Origin: Zygnema circumcarinatum SAG 698-1b
Lineage: Eukaryota > Plantae > Zygnematophyceae
Assembly (NCBI GenBank): GCA_037447605.1
Contig: CM074808.1
Coordinates: 2,232,001-2,296,000, forward strand
Reading direction: 5' to 3'
Length of the DNA stretch: 64,000 nucleotides
Within the stretch, counting starts at the first letter, position 1. Every line of letters starts with the position of its first letter. The notes under the pieces were generated by a model. That model was not told where the DNA came from, ran no database searches, and saw only the letters and a list, made by a program, of their open reading frames with translations. Positions 45,257 through 58,164 of the stretch are shown here, one piece after another. Made by a program: the position numbers and the translations under genes.

Positions 45257-48170
45257 CAGCAAAATTGCTTCTAAACAGTGTAATGGCCATCAAACTTCCT
45301 TACCGATTTGACGATATGGCAGACTGCCTGCGAGTACGAAAACGCTGTTCGAGAGGAGAGTCCTTTCGTTGCTAGCAAACAATGTTTCGCCTCTTCTTGT
45401 CAACTTTCCCTTTTTTTTTTTTTTTTCACTTCTTGTGAAGTCGTTGCTGTGCACTTATATTACTGCATAGGTGCGGGCACCCTGGTTGTGCTTTTTGGAA
45501 GAAGCACAACACAGCTCCATGTAAAGCAAAGCTCTGATTTTTTTACCAGGACAGCATGAAAACAGCGATTGAACGGCTGTTAGTGTGAACCGAAGCTGCT
45601 AGTATACTTTTGGATGTAGACATTTGGCACGCTCCAATGGAGTATTGGGAAGGATAGGACTTAGCATGTCGCTGTACGGACTAGTTCTAAAAGCAGTATT
45701 TTGATCCCCGTTGTGACCAGAAATTCAAGTGAATACTGACTCCATAATCCATATTTGTTGCTCCAATTCTCCCAGCCTCTCCCCCGTCCCCGCCTCCCCC
45801 TCCCCCTAATTGCTTTCTGTTTGGTTGAACCAAGTGAGACTGTCCTAGTGGAAAGGGCAGCGCCACATACTCGAAATGATGTACACATAGCATGCATGCA
45901 TGCACAGGATGAGCTATACCTCACAATGTATGCCACACTTTTATTGCCACAGAACAGGCACGGTCAATTTATGTGTTAAAACGACTGAGAGCGAGCATTT
46001 TCTGCACCATCGCCTCTCCCTCTGGAGCCGTCACCGCAGGCAATCTGTGCAGACACAGCAGGCACTGCCCCGCATCATGGAGACTGCTCAACATTTGTTC
46101 TGACTGCAGTGAACTGAAAAAAACGAGGTACAGAAGAGGCATCAAATTGCACGATTCCCGACAGTTTTCACGACAGCGTACATTGGAAGTTGACTGGACA
46201 AAAATGCACTCTTTCACATGTCCTATACAGTACAGCACACAGGGCAAACAGATTGGAGATTTGTAACGTTTAGATATTAAACATGAAACAAAAAAGCCGA
46301 GCTGGAGAAAGTTCGTAAGTCTGTGAAATGCGTCATAAGGGCACACCTGCGACAACACAAACAAACCACATTATCTTTAAATAAGCTCGCACCGTCTGAT
46401 CCTCCATTGCCATCATTCAACTGATCAGTCACCTCTCCAGGAGCTTCATGATCATGTTCTGTTCTGTTTAGATCCCTGAGGAAGAGCAGTGAGAATCTAA
46501 TCTTTCCAATGAGTGAGTAAACAAAGAATATGATTTACCTGTTCCAAACATTGGCGAATAGCGAGAAAGATTTATCCATAAATATGCCAAAACAAAAATT
46601 GATTCAAGTCTTAAACTGAAAAAAGACTTTGTACCTCCATTCCAATCTAAGGGTCTGCCATATTTAAGGACTGTTACGGCATTAAGCCGGGACGGAAAAC
46701 GAGGACCACTTCAAGACTGCACAGTTGCTGGTGGCAGTTGTTGATATTGCAAAAAAAGAAAAAAAACTCCAATTGCCTCTCCTAGTGAGCCTTGTCAATC
46801 TGCGAATACAGATCTTATATGAATGTCCTATGCATATGGATACTGAGTACAGTGGAATTTAGAGAAGGAGATTATGTGCCTCATAACACTAAATGCAAGC
46901 CAGCGGTCTCAAAGCCTGCATAGTTCTTTATTCTGACTTGCTCGACTCTCAAAGCAGGGTCTTCGTCATTGACAAATTTCCCATGGTCAGACGCAAGCTT
47001 GATCCTTTCAAACTTCACTGTAGACTTTCTTATGAACTTTCACTTCTTATCCTTTAAATTCTGAGTCGCACCTGCAACGCCAGCGCGTCTTGTTGCAGGT
47101 CTCTGCATGCGATGTTCGCTGCACGTGTGAGGGACCTCCCCCCGCCCGCGCCTGCTGCTTCCTGCCACGTTCTCTGCAGATTGCTTCGAGCAAATGCTGC
47201 AGTTCGCAGACGGGAGTTCTTCTGAATCTTTGAATGCCTCTCGTCCTACCCCCCCGAATTTTGCAAATGAACATTCATCATGCCTGGGATGGACCATCGC
47301 GCATCTCGGAAAGTTAACTATGAAACACGTCTGTGGTTCAAATAGCACGAGCCTCCAGACAAAAACCGTACAACGCTGCGGACTATGCCGGGGTGTAATC
47401 TGATGGGTCTAAACATGATTCATGTTTTAAAACTGCACGAAGCAAGAATTAAGTTATGCTACCTGCAAACAGGTCCTGGTGCTTTGCTTCAAAGGTTGCA
47501 TCATTAAACAAACAAATGAATAAACCAACAAACATGGGAGGCAAGCGCAGGGCTGCCCATGTGCATGTGGGGAGCATCTGTCCCCCTCCCACAAGTTGGT
47601 CCCATGTGCACACCTGCACGCCTCCTCGCCGGCCATAGAGAGAGAGAGCTCAAGAGGGGGACCGCCGCAGCGAAGCTCAAGAGGGCAGAGCACAGGGTCA
47701 AAGCTGAAGCCGACTCGCCCTGCGGATAAAGCTAACACAGTCTGTCAGGGTCTATATGCTTCCGTCGCTGGATACGAGCAGGGGTTCGATTGGTTACATC
47801 ACATGCTGTTTCCACAAAGAACAGCAAACTGACGAAGAATCATTCACCATGTTCTCTACTGTCGCAGAAGAGCATATTCCTCAAAAGGATTGAGCGTTCA
47901 TATAAGGGAGAATCAAAAGGAGTTGAAGTTACAAAGATGCATTAAACGATATTCGAAGTAGAATCTGTTTCAAGGTGAATGGCGAAATCACAATGCAGCC
48001 ACTCTTTAAGGGCTGCGTACCACTCGACACCATGTAAAGAGCTCCGAGTAGGCTTCTAGGCATAATCGCACTATATAGTTCATCCTCACTGTGTATGGAT
48101 CCCCCTTATGGTTAACCACTTCTAACAGACAGAGCCAATGGGTAAAAAAACAGATATCGCTACAGCCCTT

Positions 48171-51100
48171 CTAAATGTTCAAGTCCACTTTATGAGTGTT
48201 TGGTGAGAAATGGCCAACTGCACGTACCCGAAAGACAACAAGTCCGGCAAGAATATTCGCGGGACATTTAAATATCCCAAGAAGAGCCTCACGATGTTCT
48301 TCAGGAATGTACCTGGTAATCAGAGCAGCAATGCATGAGAACATTGATGGCAGACAAGACACGCCCGAGTTGAGGCAAGGTTTTCTGAGATAAGTCAATG
48401 ATCTTCCCCCTGGCAGACTTGTAGACACAGAACAGAGTGTGCCGCAATATGCTACACTAACTGAGATAAAGGCTCTGCCAAACCCCACATTCATTCAGAA
48501 TCAGCCAAGAAGAGAGCCATCATCTAAAAGGAGTCAAAAGACAAAGCCGTCTTATCCAGAACCTCCCTTCGACAGGCGAGGAGAGAGGCAAGTCAGTGGA
48601 TACAAACTCGTCGATGGGGCAAGATTTCACTGCAGCAGAGGCTGAGACTCACAAACTTCGGAGACGGCCAAGTTGAGGACTGATGATGCCCGCACAAAAA
48701 TAGAATACAGCAAAAGCCCCAAGCTGCCAATCTCCCTCCTGCAGACCAGAATCTGAATGTCAGACACGAAACAAACAAGTTGCAGTTGCAGCACTCGTGC
48801 CGAACACACAAAGTTGACAATAGGCAACCAGTGAAGGTCTGAAAAAAAACAGCTCTCAAAGCGACAGCAACTCAGAAACCATAAACTACACACACCTACA
48901 CCCTTCACAAGACTCTCGTCTATTAACAAGCCTCCATTGACCCAACGGAATCGAGAGGGGACCCATCACCCGAACTCTCAAAATCTTAAGACACAAACCA
49001 ACTCAACTCCAAAACCAAGTAAACCCAACTTCCCCAAACCTTCCTTGGAAACCCCCCCCCCACCCCCTGCCTCTACCCCCCTACCCCCCCCCCCCCCCCC
49101 TTAGCCAGACAGCCCCCCCCCTCCAGAAGGGCCGCCGGGCCTTACATCGAACCTGAGATCGGACGGTCAGGGCGAGCGCGGCCCCCGCCAGGCCCTGCGC
49201 CGCCGCGAGGGAGGCGAGCTGCTGCGGGAGAGGGCCGCCCGCTCCCACAGGGAGGAGGGAGGAGAGGGAGGAGCCGGCCATGGCGGCCGCGGACAGACCC
49301 GCGAACACGAGGCCGAGCTGTACGGACCGGCCGTCGTCCTGGGGGAGACTCAGTTGGAAACGTGGCTCAGGGTCAGTGGGTATGTACAGAGGTCGTTAGG
49401 GAGGAGGAGGGTGGTTCGTCAGGGAGGATAAGAGAGGGAAAGGGAAAGGAGGGAAAGGACTCGGAGTCTTAGTGAAGGAGTGATTAAGGAGTGCTGCTGT
49501 AGAGAGTGGGGTCAACGGCAGAGTGCGTGTTTTCTTCAGATTTCAATGCTGGAAACTGAACAACTGAAAGGGTAATCCGCATATGTGGATTTTAAGAAAA
49601 AACGAACACCCGCTCCCACGAAGGAATGAAAGCAACAAAGGACCAACAGCTGCCAAAAACAACAGCACAGTATCTACCAAAGAGGCATCATGCCAGTGGT
49701 CACACGCACTCTCGCTCTCTATCACTCTCTCTCTCCCCTCCCATTGACCAAACAGAACACGGCATTGATATGCAGCTCTTGCCAGAATAAATGACTTCAC
49801 GACACAAAATGATCCAAAAGCTAGTGAAACGAATGGCTCGGATCATACAATGATTGTGGGGGCCCACAGGAGGGGAACCAGTAGCAGAGGAGTTGAACAC
49901 GTAATTTCCAAAAATGCCAGCAGCATTAAGGTTTTGTCTGCTCCAAAAAACAAGAACAAACAAAAAAAATGAGAATCTACAGAATTGAAAATAGAAAAAC
50001 TCCTAAACATCCTCCCTTCCTCCAAAACCTCCACCTTACTCCCTCAAGACCCTAGCCTGTGACTCGTTTCTTCGGTATGATTACCGCAACCCGGCATCAC
50101 ACCCCAGACCTGTCAACTCCACTCAAGCTACATCGTGCTGGGCCCCCTTCCTCCCTAAGCCCCCAACATGAAGTTCTGAAATAACCTCAAACATGAAATT
50201 CTGAAATAACCTCAAACATGAAGTTCTGAAATAGCCTCAAACATGAAGTTCTGAAATAACCTCAAACATGAAGTTCTGAAATAACCTCAAACATGAAGTT
50301 CTGAAATAACCTCAAACATGAAGTTCTGAAATAACCTCAAACGAATACCCGAAAACACATCCAATTCCACCACCCCCAGGAGCGGTCACCAACGAGAGAA
50401 GCTCACCCTGTCTGAGCCGCCCCCCCGCCCCCTGCAGCCCCTCCTTGAGGCCAAGAAGCGGCGCCCTCGGGGCGGTGTCGGCGGGCCCCGGCCAGAAGAG
50501 GGCGAGGGAGGCGAGGACGGGGAGGAGGGCGAGGGCGAAGGGCGCCGTAAGGGAGGCTCCTGCCACGTGGACTGCCGCGCTGGCAGTGGAGGCCGCGGCG
50601 AGGGTCACTAGAGGGGCTCCGAAACTCAGTCCGCAAAAGGTGGAGTACAGCCACTCTGCCCGGAAGTTGAGCTGGAGGAGGACAGGGAGCAAGGGAAGGA
50701 AGGACAGCATTGGAAGGGTAAGGTGCGGTGGAGCATGAAGGGAAGGGTACGACAGTGTTAGCAACGGTGTTTTGGTTTAGTGAGAGGAAAGGGTGGTCAG
50801 TGGGCGAGCAAGAATTCTCATCAGGTTTCCTCGATGTGTTGCATCTGGCTGCAAGTTTAAGTGAGTCGTCATGCTAAAGTGCAACCTCGAGGCTATGCAG
50901 ACCTCGAGAGCAATGAGTAACAAGACAAGAGAAGACAAGACAAGACAAGACAAGACAAGACCACTAATCAAGCTTTCTGAAATTGATATAAAACATCTAG
51001 CCTTCATTTAAAAAGCTGGCCCTCCAAGAGGACAGGACACTGCGAACTTAGCGCACCATCTCACTTAATTGAAACTCGTCTATGAAAAAAAAAAATTACG

Positions 51101-52509
51101 GGAATACGATTGGCCAAACGCCTCTACTTTGTAGTCCTTATAAAGCGCATCTGAGGTGGAAGATTAATAAGTCACTTCCGGTTTAGTGCCTACGCAAACT
51201 TTTTTGTGACTAATTTCAAGAAATGAGTCCGTATTAGGATGCAGGCAAACTAAACCAACAAAAATTGAGGAATAGATGACGGAGGTTTGGCTAAGTGAGC
51301 ATGACCACCTTGAAATGTTCTCTGACCATCCACGCCTCCAAGCTGGTGTTAAGAATGGCGGCCGCAGCACCAGCGCAGGTACGCCCCAATAATAACCACC
51401 AAAAACTACTGAAATGTACAGTCAAGCATCCAAGAATTGTTGCCACGCCAAATAAAAAGTTGGCTTGCTTACGACTCCTGCCAGAAACCCCATGTCTAAT
51501 CCATCAGACCTTTTGGGTAATAAATTATTTGCCCAATGCTCTCGCCACAAGCAGCACAAGCCCTGCAAAAGGGGGCTGGTACGTTCTAGTGACTCTCCAA
51601 AACACTTCAAATAAATCGCACTTGCAGTTAAATTCTTGAATAAACATGACCAATAAGTGCACGCAGCCTATTTTTCTGGGGAAGGCGACCATCTTTACAT
51701 CGAGAAAAATTCGGACAGCGTCTTGGCAGCGGTTCAATTGTGGCCCAAGGCATGATTTACGTTGTGATTTTTCATTAACATGATTTCTTAAATAGAAATA
51801 GGATTCTAAAAACGCGGATCAGCCTCATTTAGAGGTTGAAATAAATAAGGCGCTTACCACTTACTAGAACAGGCGCCAGCAATAGGAGTCATCACAGCCG
51901 CAGCAAGGAAGTAAACGGAGACCTGAAAAGCAATTTCGTCCTTTCCGAAGCCATAGCTCTTGTAGAGAGCATAGAGATAAGGCCATTGAAGGGCATCACT
52001 AGCTGTATCAGCAGGGCAACATTCTCTGTGTAAGCAATCCTGCCACACCCCTATTGCTGGGCACTTTTGTCTTCTCTTCCAGCACCATCTGGCAGTCTTG
52101 TCACCTACTCTGGAGGTGAACAAAAATAGGCCTCCAACAATTAAGAAACGGCAAAGGCAATGAGATTGCCTGTATACGCTGCAATTGTTTGGCGCAGAAC
52201 GTCAGTTTAATCCCACTTCTTGCAATGGCACATTTCCTGAAGCGCCTGAGGAACAGGGAAAGCGACCGCCTTACCATAAGCAAGAAAATAAATGACGTAA
52301 TGATCAAATTGGAAGCGGAGAAAGTCGGCAGTGGGCTCGGCCTTGTTGTGCAGTCTGTACAGGAGCATGAGGCCCGCGCAGAGCAGAGTGAGCACCCGAA
52401 ACGCGGACAGGTAGAAGGCGTCTGAATGGCCCGGCCAGTCGAGCTGTTCTAGCGTCTGTGGACTGAGAAAGCTCCATGGCTGCGGCTCCAGCAGCTCCCC
52501 CGCCACCAT
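48171..52509 (-). CDS. MFSD5/DUF791 (molybdate-anion transporter-like) MFS protein, divergent; 3' end unresolved and may extend to ~45969
   Basis: ATG at 52509. Exons: FLRFQFDHYVIYFLAY, DALQWPYLYALYKSYGFGKDEI, EWLYSTF..APFALA, PLLWAP, MFAGLSAAAMAGSSL, LPSMFS..RYIPEEHREALLGIFKCPANI. These match the family motifs DWLQGPY.Y.LY..YGF and YIPEE.RS..MN.FR.P.N. Confidence 0.75.
50166..50340. repeat. Intronic 25-bp minisatellite, 7 copies (ACATGAAGTTCTGAAATAACCTCAA)
   Basis: Units start every 25 bp from 50166 to 50316, with only two variant positions and no spacers. Confidence 0.97.
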
Positions 52510-52741
52510 GGCGTCGTCCGCCCACCCCGCCCTGCCTCCTCTCCTCTCCTCTCTCTCAGCGCGGCGAGGCACAGCTCCGCATGGAACTGTCGTTTACCTG
52601 AGACGCTGTAACACTGCCCAACTGCCTAACTGGAGCACATGGAGCTGCGGGCGCCCGTCGGCCCGCCAGTCGCGCTTCCGTAAAGTCTGTCCTGTCACGC
52701 GTTTTTTTTGCTCCCCACCTCCGGGCTGATTCCGAGCAACC

Positions 52742-52796
52742 TCCAATCGCGACTCGCCACGTATACGGAATGTACACGTGGCGAGTTTCCATTGGA
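52742..52796. promoter_or_regulatory. Inverted pair of ER-stress response elements (CCAAT-N9-CCACG on both strands)
   Basis: TCCAAT-cgcg-ACTCGCCACGT-N13-ACGTGGCGAGT-ttcc-ATTGGA, located 230-290 bp upstream of the MFSD5-like ATG. Confidence 0.6.
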
Positions 52797-53416
52797 AGTC
52801 GAGGGGACTCTTATGGTTACGCGCGTCGCCAACAGTGCGGCGGTCCTCGCGGGCCTAGGCCCTCCCTGCCGGAAAATTCGCTTATGGCGGCCGGGCGAGG
52901 CCGCCTCATGGCTGCGCCCCCAAGTGGAGCACAGGAGGAAGAGGAGGAAGAGGAGGAGGAGGCGCACTGGCTTCGCTCGCTTATGCCGACTAGGGATGGA
53001 TGTTATAACATGGGTGTCGATGGGGATGGATGTGGCGTTGATCTCACGATGGCGATGATGCCATCAAATGTACATGGACAAAATCGGCATAGGGACAAGG
53101 AACCGAACTTTATTGGCAAATACGCGAATGAAAACGCAAAGCACGCGCATTGCTTTCTTCTTCCCTGCACACATTAATGAACCGAACTCTAAGACAAGAA
53201 AACTCCTTTTACTACTTTGGCAGTGAATGCCCACGAGGTGCATTATTGCACATCACACGACGACAGTATAAGCACACTCATCTCCGAAGAGAGAAAGGAG
53301 CATCAGGAGACAAGATGACTCGAATTCCCAGCCGTGTGTAACATCTGGAACCTTTGGAAGATGCCTGGACAAACTCAGCCACTGGTAAAACAAGGAAAGG
53401 GGAGTCCCATCAGCTC

Positions 53417-56400
53417 CTAGTCAAAGCCGAAGCTCCACACGACATGGTCCTCCGTGACAGCACTCAGCTTTCCCTTCATCATCTCCAGAGAGGGGTAGGG
53501 CGGCAGCAGCAGCTGGTGGAAGCACGTGTGAGCCGTGGGTAGGCGGCTCAAGTCCACATTCACGCGGAAGATGTGAAACCTGCAGGCCGGGAAACACGCA
53601 GACTTCAACGGCGGTGATTCGGACACATGAGCTAGCAACCATGAGCTTGTTCCAGCAACAGTACAGGAATTTGGACCGGAATTCCTCACAAAAAAAGACA
53701 CTATCAAGACCAACAATAGGTGTGGCGGTAGCACCGAGAGCACACCTGGAAGAAAGCCCAGCAAAGCCATTACTGGGAAGATTCCAAATGGCGGTGGCGA
53801 AAAAGAGCAGTTTCCGGCGCTGCTGGGGCGCCATCTCCGCTACTGCCTGCCAGAACCACTGAATTTGTAGATCCTGAGCAGAGTAGTCGTGATACTCCGC
53901 GTGAGCCTGCCAATCAGCAAGCTCCACCTGGCGGTCCTCTCCATACAGAATTCTCTCAAAATCCTCTGGTTCGAGGGGCTCCAAGATCTGGCAACAGAGA
54001 TGAGTCGTTGTGAGTCTGAATTTCACGAAATCTTGGCAAACCCTCTAATTTAGTGACAGAAAACAGTACTCGAATTTCTCTGTAAAAGGTTTCCAAAATT
54101 ACCTGCTTCAGGGTGATGTTGTCTGTGAGCAGCTCCTCAAACCCTGCAACAAACGCTGCCACCTGGCTCTCTACTGAACGGACCAAGTGCCACTGTACAA
54201 GAAGGCGGATAAATTCATTGCGGTTGGCGAAGGTCACAGGGTGATGCTCCCCTCCGGGAAGAAGCTCCACTGTGATGTGAGAGCCTAACTCTTCACTCGC
54301 TGTTGAGAATGTCAGGGCAAGATGCTCCACCTGCATGCGCCATCAGGAATCGGTATCCATGAAAATGGAATTTACCCGATTCTGGGTCGACCGGCCTCAG
54401 AAAACTGGTCTGAACTTCTATGACCGGATACAGCAGAAGCAAGGACGAATCTACATCTGGCCTGACTGCCCGCCATAATGATTCATAGAGCGTGCATAAC
54501 TCCACAAACTCTTAAAAAAATGAAAGTGGCAGAGTGACCTCTACTACCTTCATACACTTGGAATGCGGCCTCCTTACCTCTTCCGGAGGCACATCAAGAA
54601 TCTTGCGGCAACTCGCATAGAGGATTGGATCCACTTCAGCCGCGTCCTCTAAATGCACCTCTCTCTGAGCGAGCTGTTTGAAGAACGCTCGAGAAAAGCG
54701 AGCATCAATTTGGATTTCGTGCACCAATGCAAGAGCGACAAGTCGGCCGCAGAATCTGTAGTAGGCCAGATGGCCCGGGTTGAATCGTGACGCCTGCAAG
54801 GCTTGGCAGTGCTCTTGTGAGATAAACAATTAAGTAGGGCATATGAGAAAGTTGTGAAGATTGCTGACACGCCTCCTACTTGCCTCCTCCCTTGCTCATA
54901 AACCCAGAATTCACAATCAAAAGAATCATTCTAAGATGCTGAAGGCAACCCCCCCTGCCCCCTGCCGCCATCGTAAAAGTACAAACTGCGTGAAGCAATC
55001 TCTAACAATTCTCAGCCTCATTTACACTTAATTTTGAAATCGACACAAATAGTGTTGCACGTCAATGAGAGTGGTGAAAGGCTACCGCACCGGATTGGGC
55101 GAGAACCGCTGTCTATCATGCGGGCAAGGCTGGAATAGGGCGCGGTTTGGATCGAAAACCTCCTGTCCCAACAGGGCAAAAAACTCCCTCACAACGCCTT
55201 GCCCAGCAGCTTCCTCATTGGCAAACTGAACCACGATTCCATTCCTAAGGATTCTCGAATCCGCATGAACAATCTGCTCAAAAGCTTCACCCAAAACGTT
55301 GGAACCGCGTGCTACAATGATTTCTTGCCTGTCCCGATAATCCTCACCAGCCCGTGGGAGCAGCTGATGCACCCATCTCTCCTTAGTTTCAAACTCCAAA
55401 AATTCCCTTTTCTTTAAAAGCCAGCTGAGGTCATCTCCGGGGCCAAGCTTGCTGCGGTACAAGTATGCATTGATAACTTTTCTCCTCCTTTTCAAGAACT
55501 CAGAGAATCTTTCTTCAAACGAAATGAGATCTGCAGAAGTGGGCATGCACTGCCCTTCCCTGCTACTACATGACGATTCTAAAACTTCTTGTGCCGCATT
55601 CATTCCCCGCAAAATAATGGGCACCACCCTTCGAATAGATCCTGGGACTTTCTGCAGGGCATCATGGTAAGAGGCATCTCGCACAGTTGATAGATGCGTA
55701 GCCATAATAAAGTCAAAAACACCCACTAAGCAAGCCTCTAACGACTCCAGCAGCCCAATGAGGAGATTTTTGCAGCTCTCTGCCATATTCACTCCACTTG
55801 GCGCGATCCTATTAGCTATACAGGCATAGCATGGGCCTATCATCTTCGCAAAGCATTCCGCATCGGGAATGGTAAGGGGGCAGCTGTTGTCCACCTCTAC
55901 GCCAGAGACAAAGGCCACGACTGTATCAGCTAAACCCTTCTGAAGCCGCATCACTGCTTCTTCTATAATGCCAAAGAGGGTCTGAATCATGGCTTCCCTT
56001 TCCAACCCCAGGTTGCCAAAAACTTCCCCACGTTCCGGATTTTTTTCCAGCAGACGCGCGAGGGCACATCGACAAGCGTGGTACGCTGCTCCAACTTCCG
56101 ATTGAGTTTCATGCAGCGCGGAGGAAAGGACCTGCTCGCGAAGGAGCCTGCAGAAGTCCATCAAAATGGGGACAAACCAGTCCTGCAGATCGAGCATCTG
56201 CAGCATACTCGCAAAGATGCGGAGTCAGTGAACTGGCCTCATGCGTCGAGGCTCTGGTCAGCTACTCCGAATCACCACCCATGCAATATCGTGGTGGAAG
56301 AGTCGACCGACCGGTGGGGCAGGGTAAAGCTCTTTATCCCTTTAAGCACATGAGGAGGTGCCAACAACAAATGATCGTCAACTAGCTGGTCAAACTCGCA

Positions 56401-58041
56401 CCGTTTCCGAGCTGAATTAAGTTAGGCCAGAAAAGCACCTGGAAACTATGAAGAGCTGCTTCTGGGTTGGTGAAGAGTCGAATACAATCTACTCCACATT
56501 CACGGTCATATGCAACGTCGGACAAGAGGAGAGAAGTCAAGGCTCTGCTGCCGCCACTGTTTCTAAAAATCTCAAGATGTCGCACAACTGAGGAACTTTT
56601 TTGCTGCGCAAGGATAAACTTGGCTGTTGACTTCTTGATCTGAGTCCGGAGGGCGTGACAGCCATCGATGTCTAAATGCTGCACCAGAAAGGGATTAAGT
56701 AAATGTCAGGCGCACTGTTGTTTCTTGCACTATTCACTCAGTAAGGTAATGATTGAGACGGCCGCTTCACAATGAAATTCACAGTGAACTTAGGACTTAC
56801 TGTTTCTGCTTTGCCATGACTGGCAGAAAATGGGCTATATGGCAGTCAGACTGATGTCCAAGCATTAAGTCACTCTAACAACGGAAGTAAAAATAGAAAA
56901 TAATAATGACTCCAATGGTTTCACTTGAATACTACGTTTTTTGCAGCAATTATTTCTTTGATTTGGAATAAGCACCAAGTCACGAAGAACTATGATGGCT
57001 GTCACAATGGCAACTACATGCTTAGTATAGTTGCAGCAAGTAACTCAGCACAATCGACAAACCCCTTACATACTCCTCCTTGATACTTTTCTCTATCCAG
57101 CTTCATGACAAGTTTCATACTTAAGAGTCCCTTACCTCGCCATTTCGCCGTTTGGAAAGAAGACTGGATACCGGGGTAACTATTCCCGACTCTACTAAAT
57201 TTCCTCCCTCTTGCTGCCGGAGTGTGCACGATTTGAAGCGTGCAACAAGCTGCAGGGTAACACCATTCGTAACCCCACATTGCTCCAGAGAACACTTACC
57301 CTGAGAGAGTTTCAGAAGTCCGGCAATAGCAGGAGAGCAAACCAGAATAGATAAGTTAGACCACCACCTCCGCCGAACAGCAAAGCTTTGAAAACATTAC
57401 GCAATCCATCTCCTAACGTTGAAGATTAGGCAAAACCATTAATGCGAGAACGCTTCTGCATTCATTAGTCGGAGGCTGGCGGTCTGGCATAATTGAGTTA
57501 CCTTCCTCGTCAACATATTAGAAATCAAACGGCACATTCAGCATGGTTGAGAATACGATTGAATGATCAGGTTGTTTTTTTACAGCCTCCGAGAAAAATG
57601 CATACTATTTCTAATGTGAGTCCAAACGCTCCAGTCAAAAACTTGTCATTTCACTTCCTTACACTTCTATCCACTAGCTCACTTTAAAAAGCGAAGAAAA
57701 GAGGGAATTAAACCAGCATTAAAATGTCAAACCTGAAGCTGCTTGCCTAGATAAAAGAGGTGCTGGTCCGAGAAGCGAGCATGGCGAGGTACTTCGCAGT
57801 TTACGCGTTCCAAAACAGTTTCCACTGTGTCCTGCAGACGAGCATGCACCACGATTGGCTGCACCTCCTGGTCAGTCTTAACCAGAAAGCGAACAGCTTG
57901 TTCCGCATTCTGCTCGAGCCCCCTGCTTACTATCAATTCTGTGGCCTCTAAGAGGCTCACAGGCCGCTTGTGCGAGCAGCACTGTCCTGTCGCCTTGGTC
58001 TGCTTTTGCCCTTCCCTATCTTCCTCGCCATTCACATCCAT
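53417..58041 (-). CDS. UPL5: HECT E3 ubiquitin ligase with N-terminal ubiquitin-like domain (UPL5-like), multi-exon
   Basis: UBL exon (VRFLVK..IVVHARLQDTVETV..QHLFYLGKQLQ). Large exon ending VQFANEEAAGQGVVREFF..FDPNRALF. HECT exons YYRFCGRLVALAL, EVDPILYASC, VELLPGG..VTFANRNEFI, WFWQAV..RRKLLFFAT. Catalytic RLPTAHTCFHQLLLPPY..SFGFD* ends at 53417. Confidence 0.92.
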
Positions 58042-58164
58042 CGTCAGCTCTAGCATCAGACTCTGAAAAGCGCTCGTCCTGCAACTCTACGAAAAGACGC
58101 TTCTCGTCTGCAGGGAGGGCGCGGGAAAGTGGGGGGATTTGATTTCGTCCGTCTGCGCGCAGCC

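Noticed and set aside
45969-47348. Separate gene from ORFs at 45969-46364 and 47040-47348
   Set aside because: No recognisable domain or start context. They may be terminal exons of the MFSD5-like gene or non-coding, and cannot be resolved without cDNA.
50166-50340. CRISPR-like array of 25-bp repeats
   Set aside because: Units are head-to-tail with no unique spacers, there are no cas genes, and the array lies in a eukaryotic intron. It is a minisatellite.
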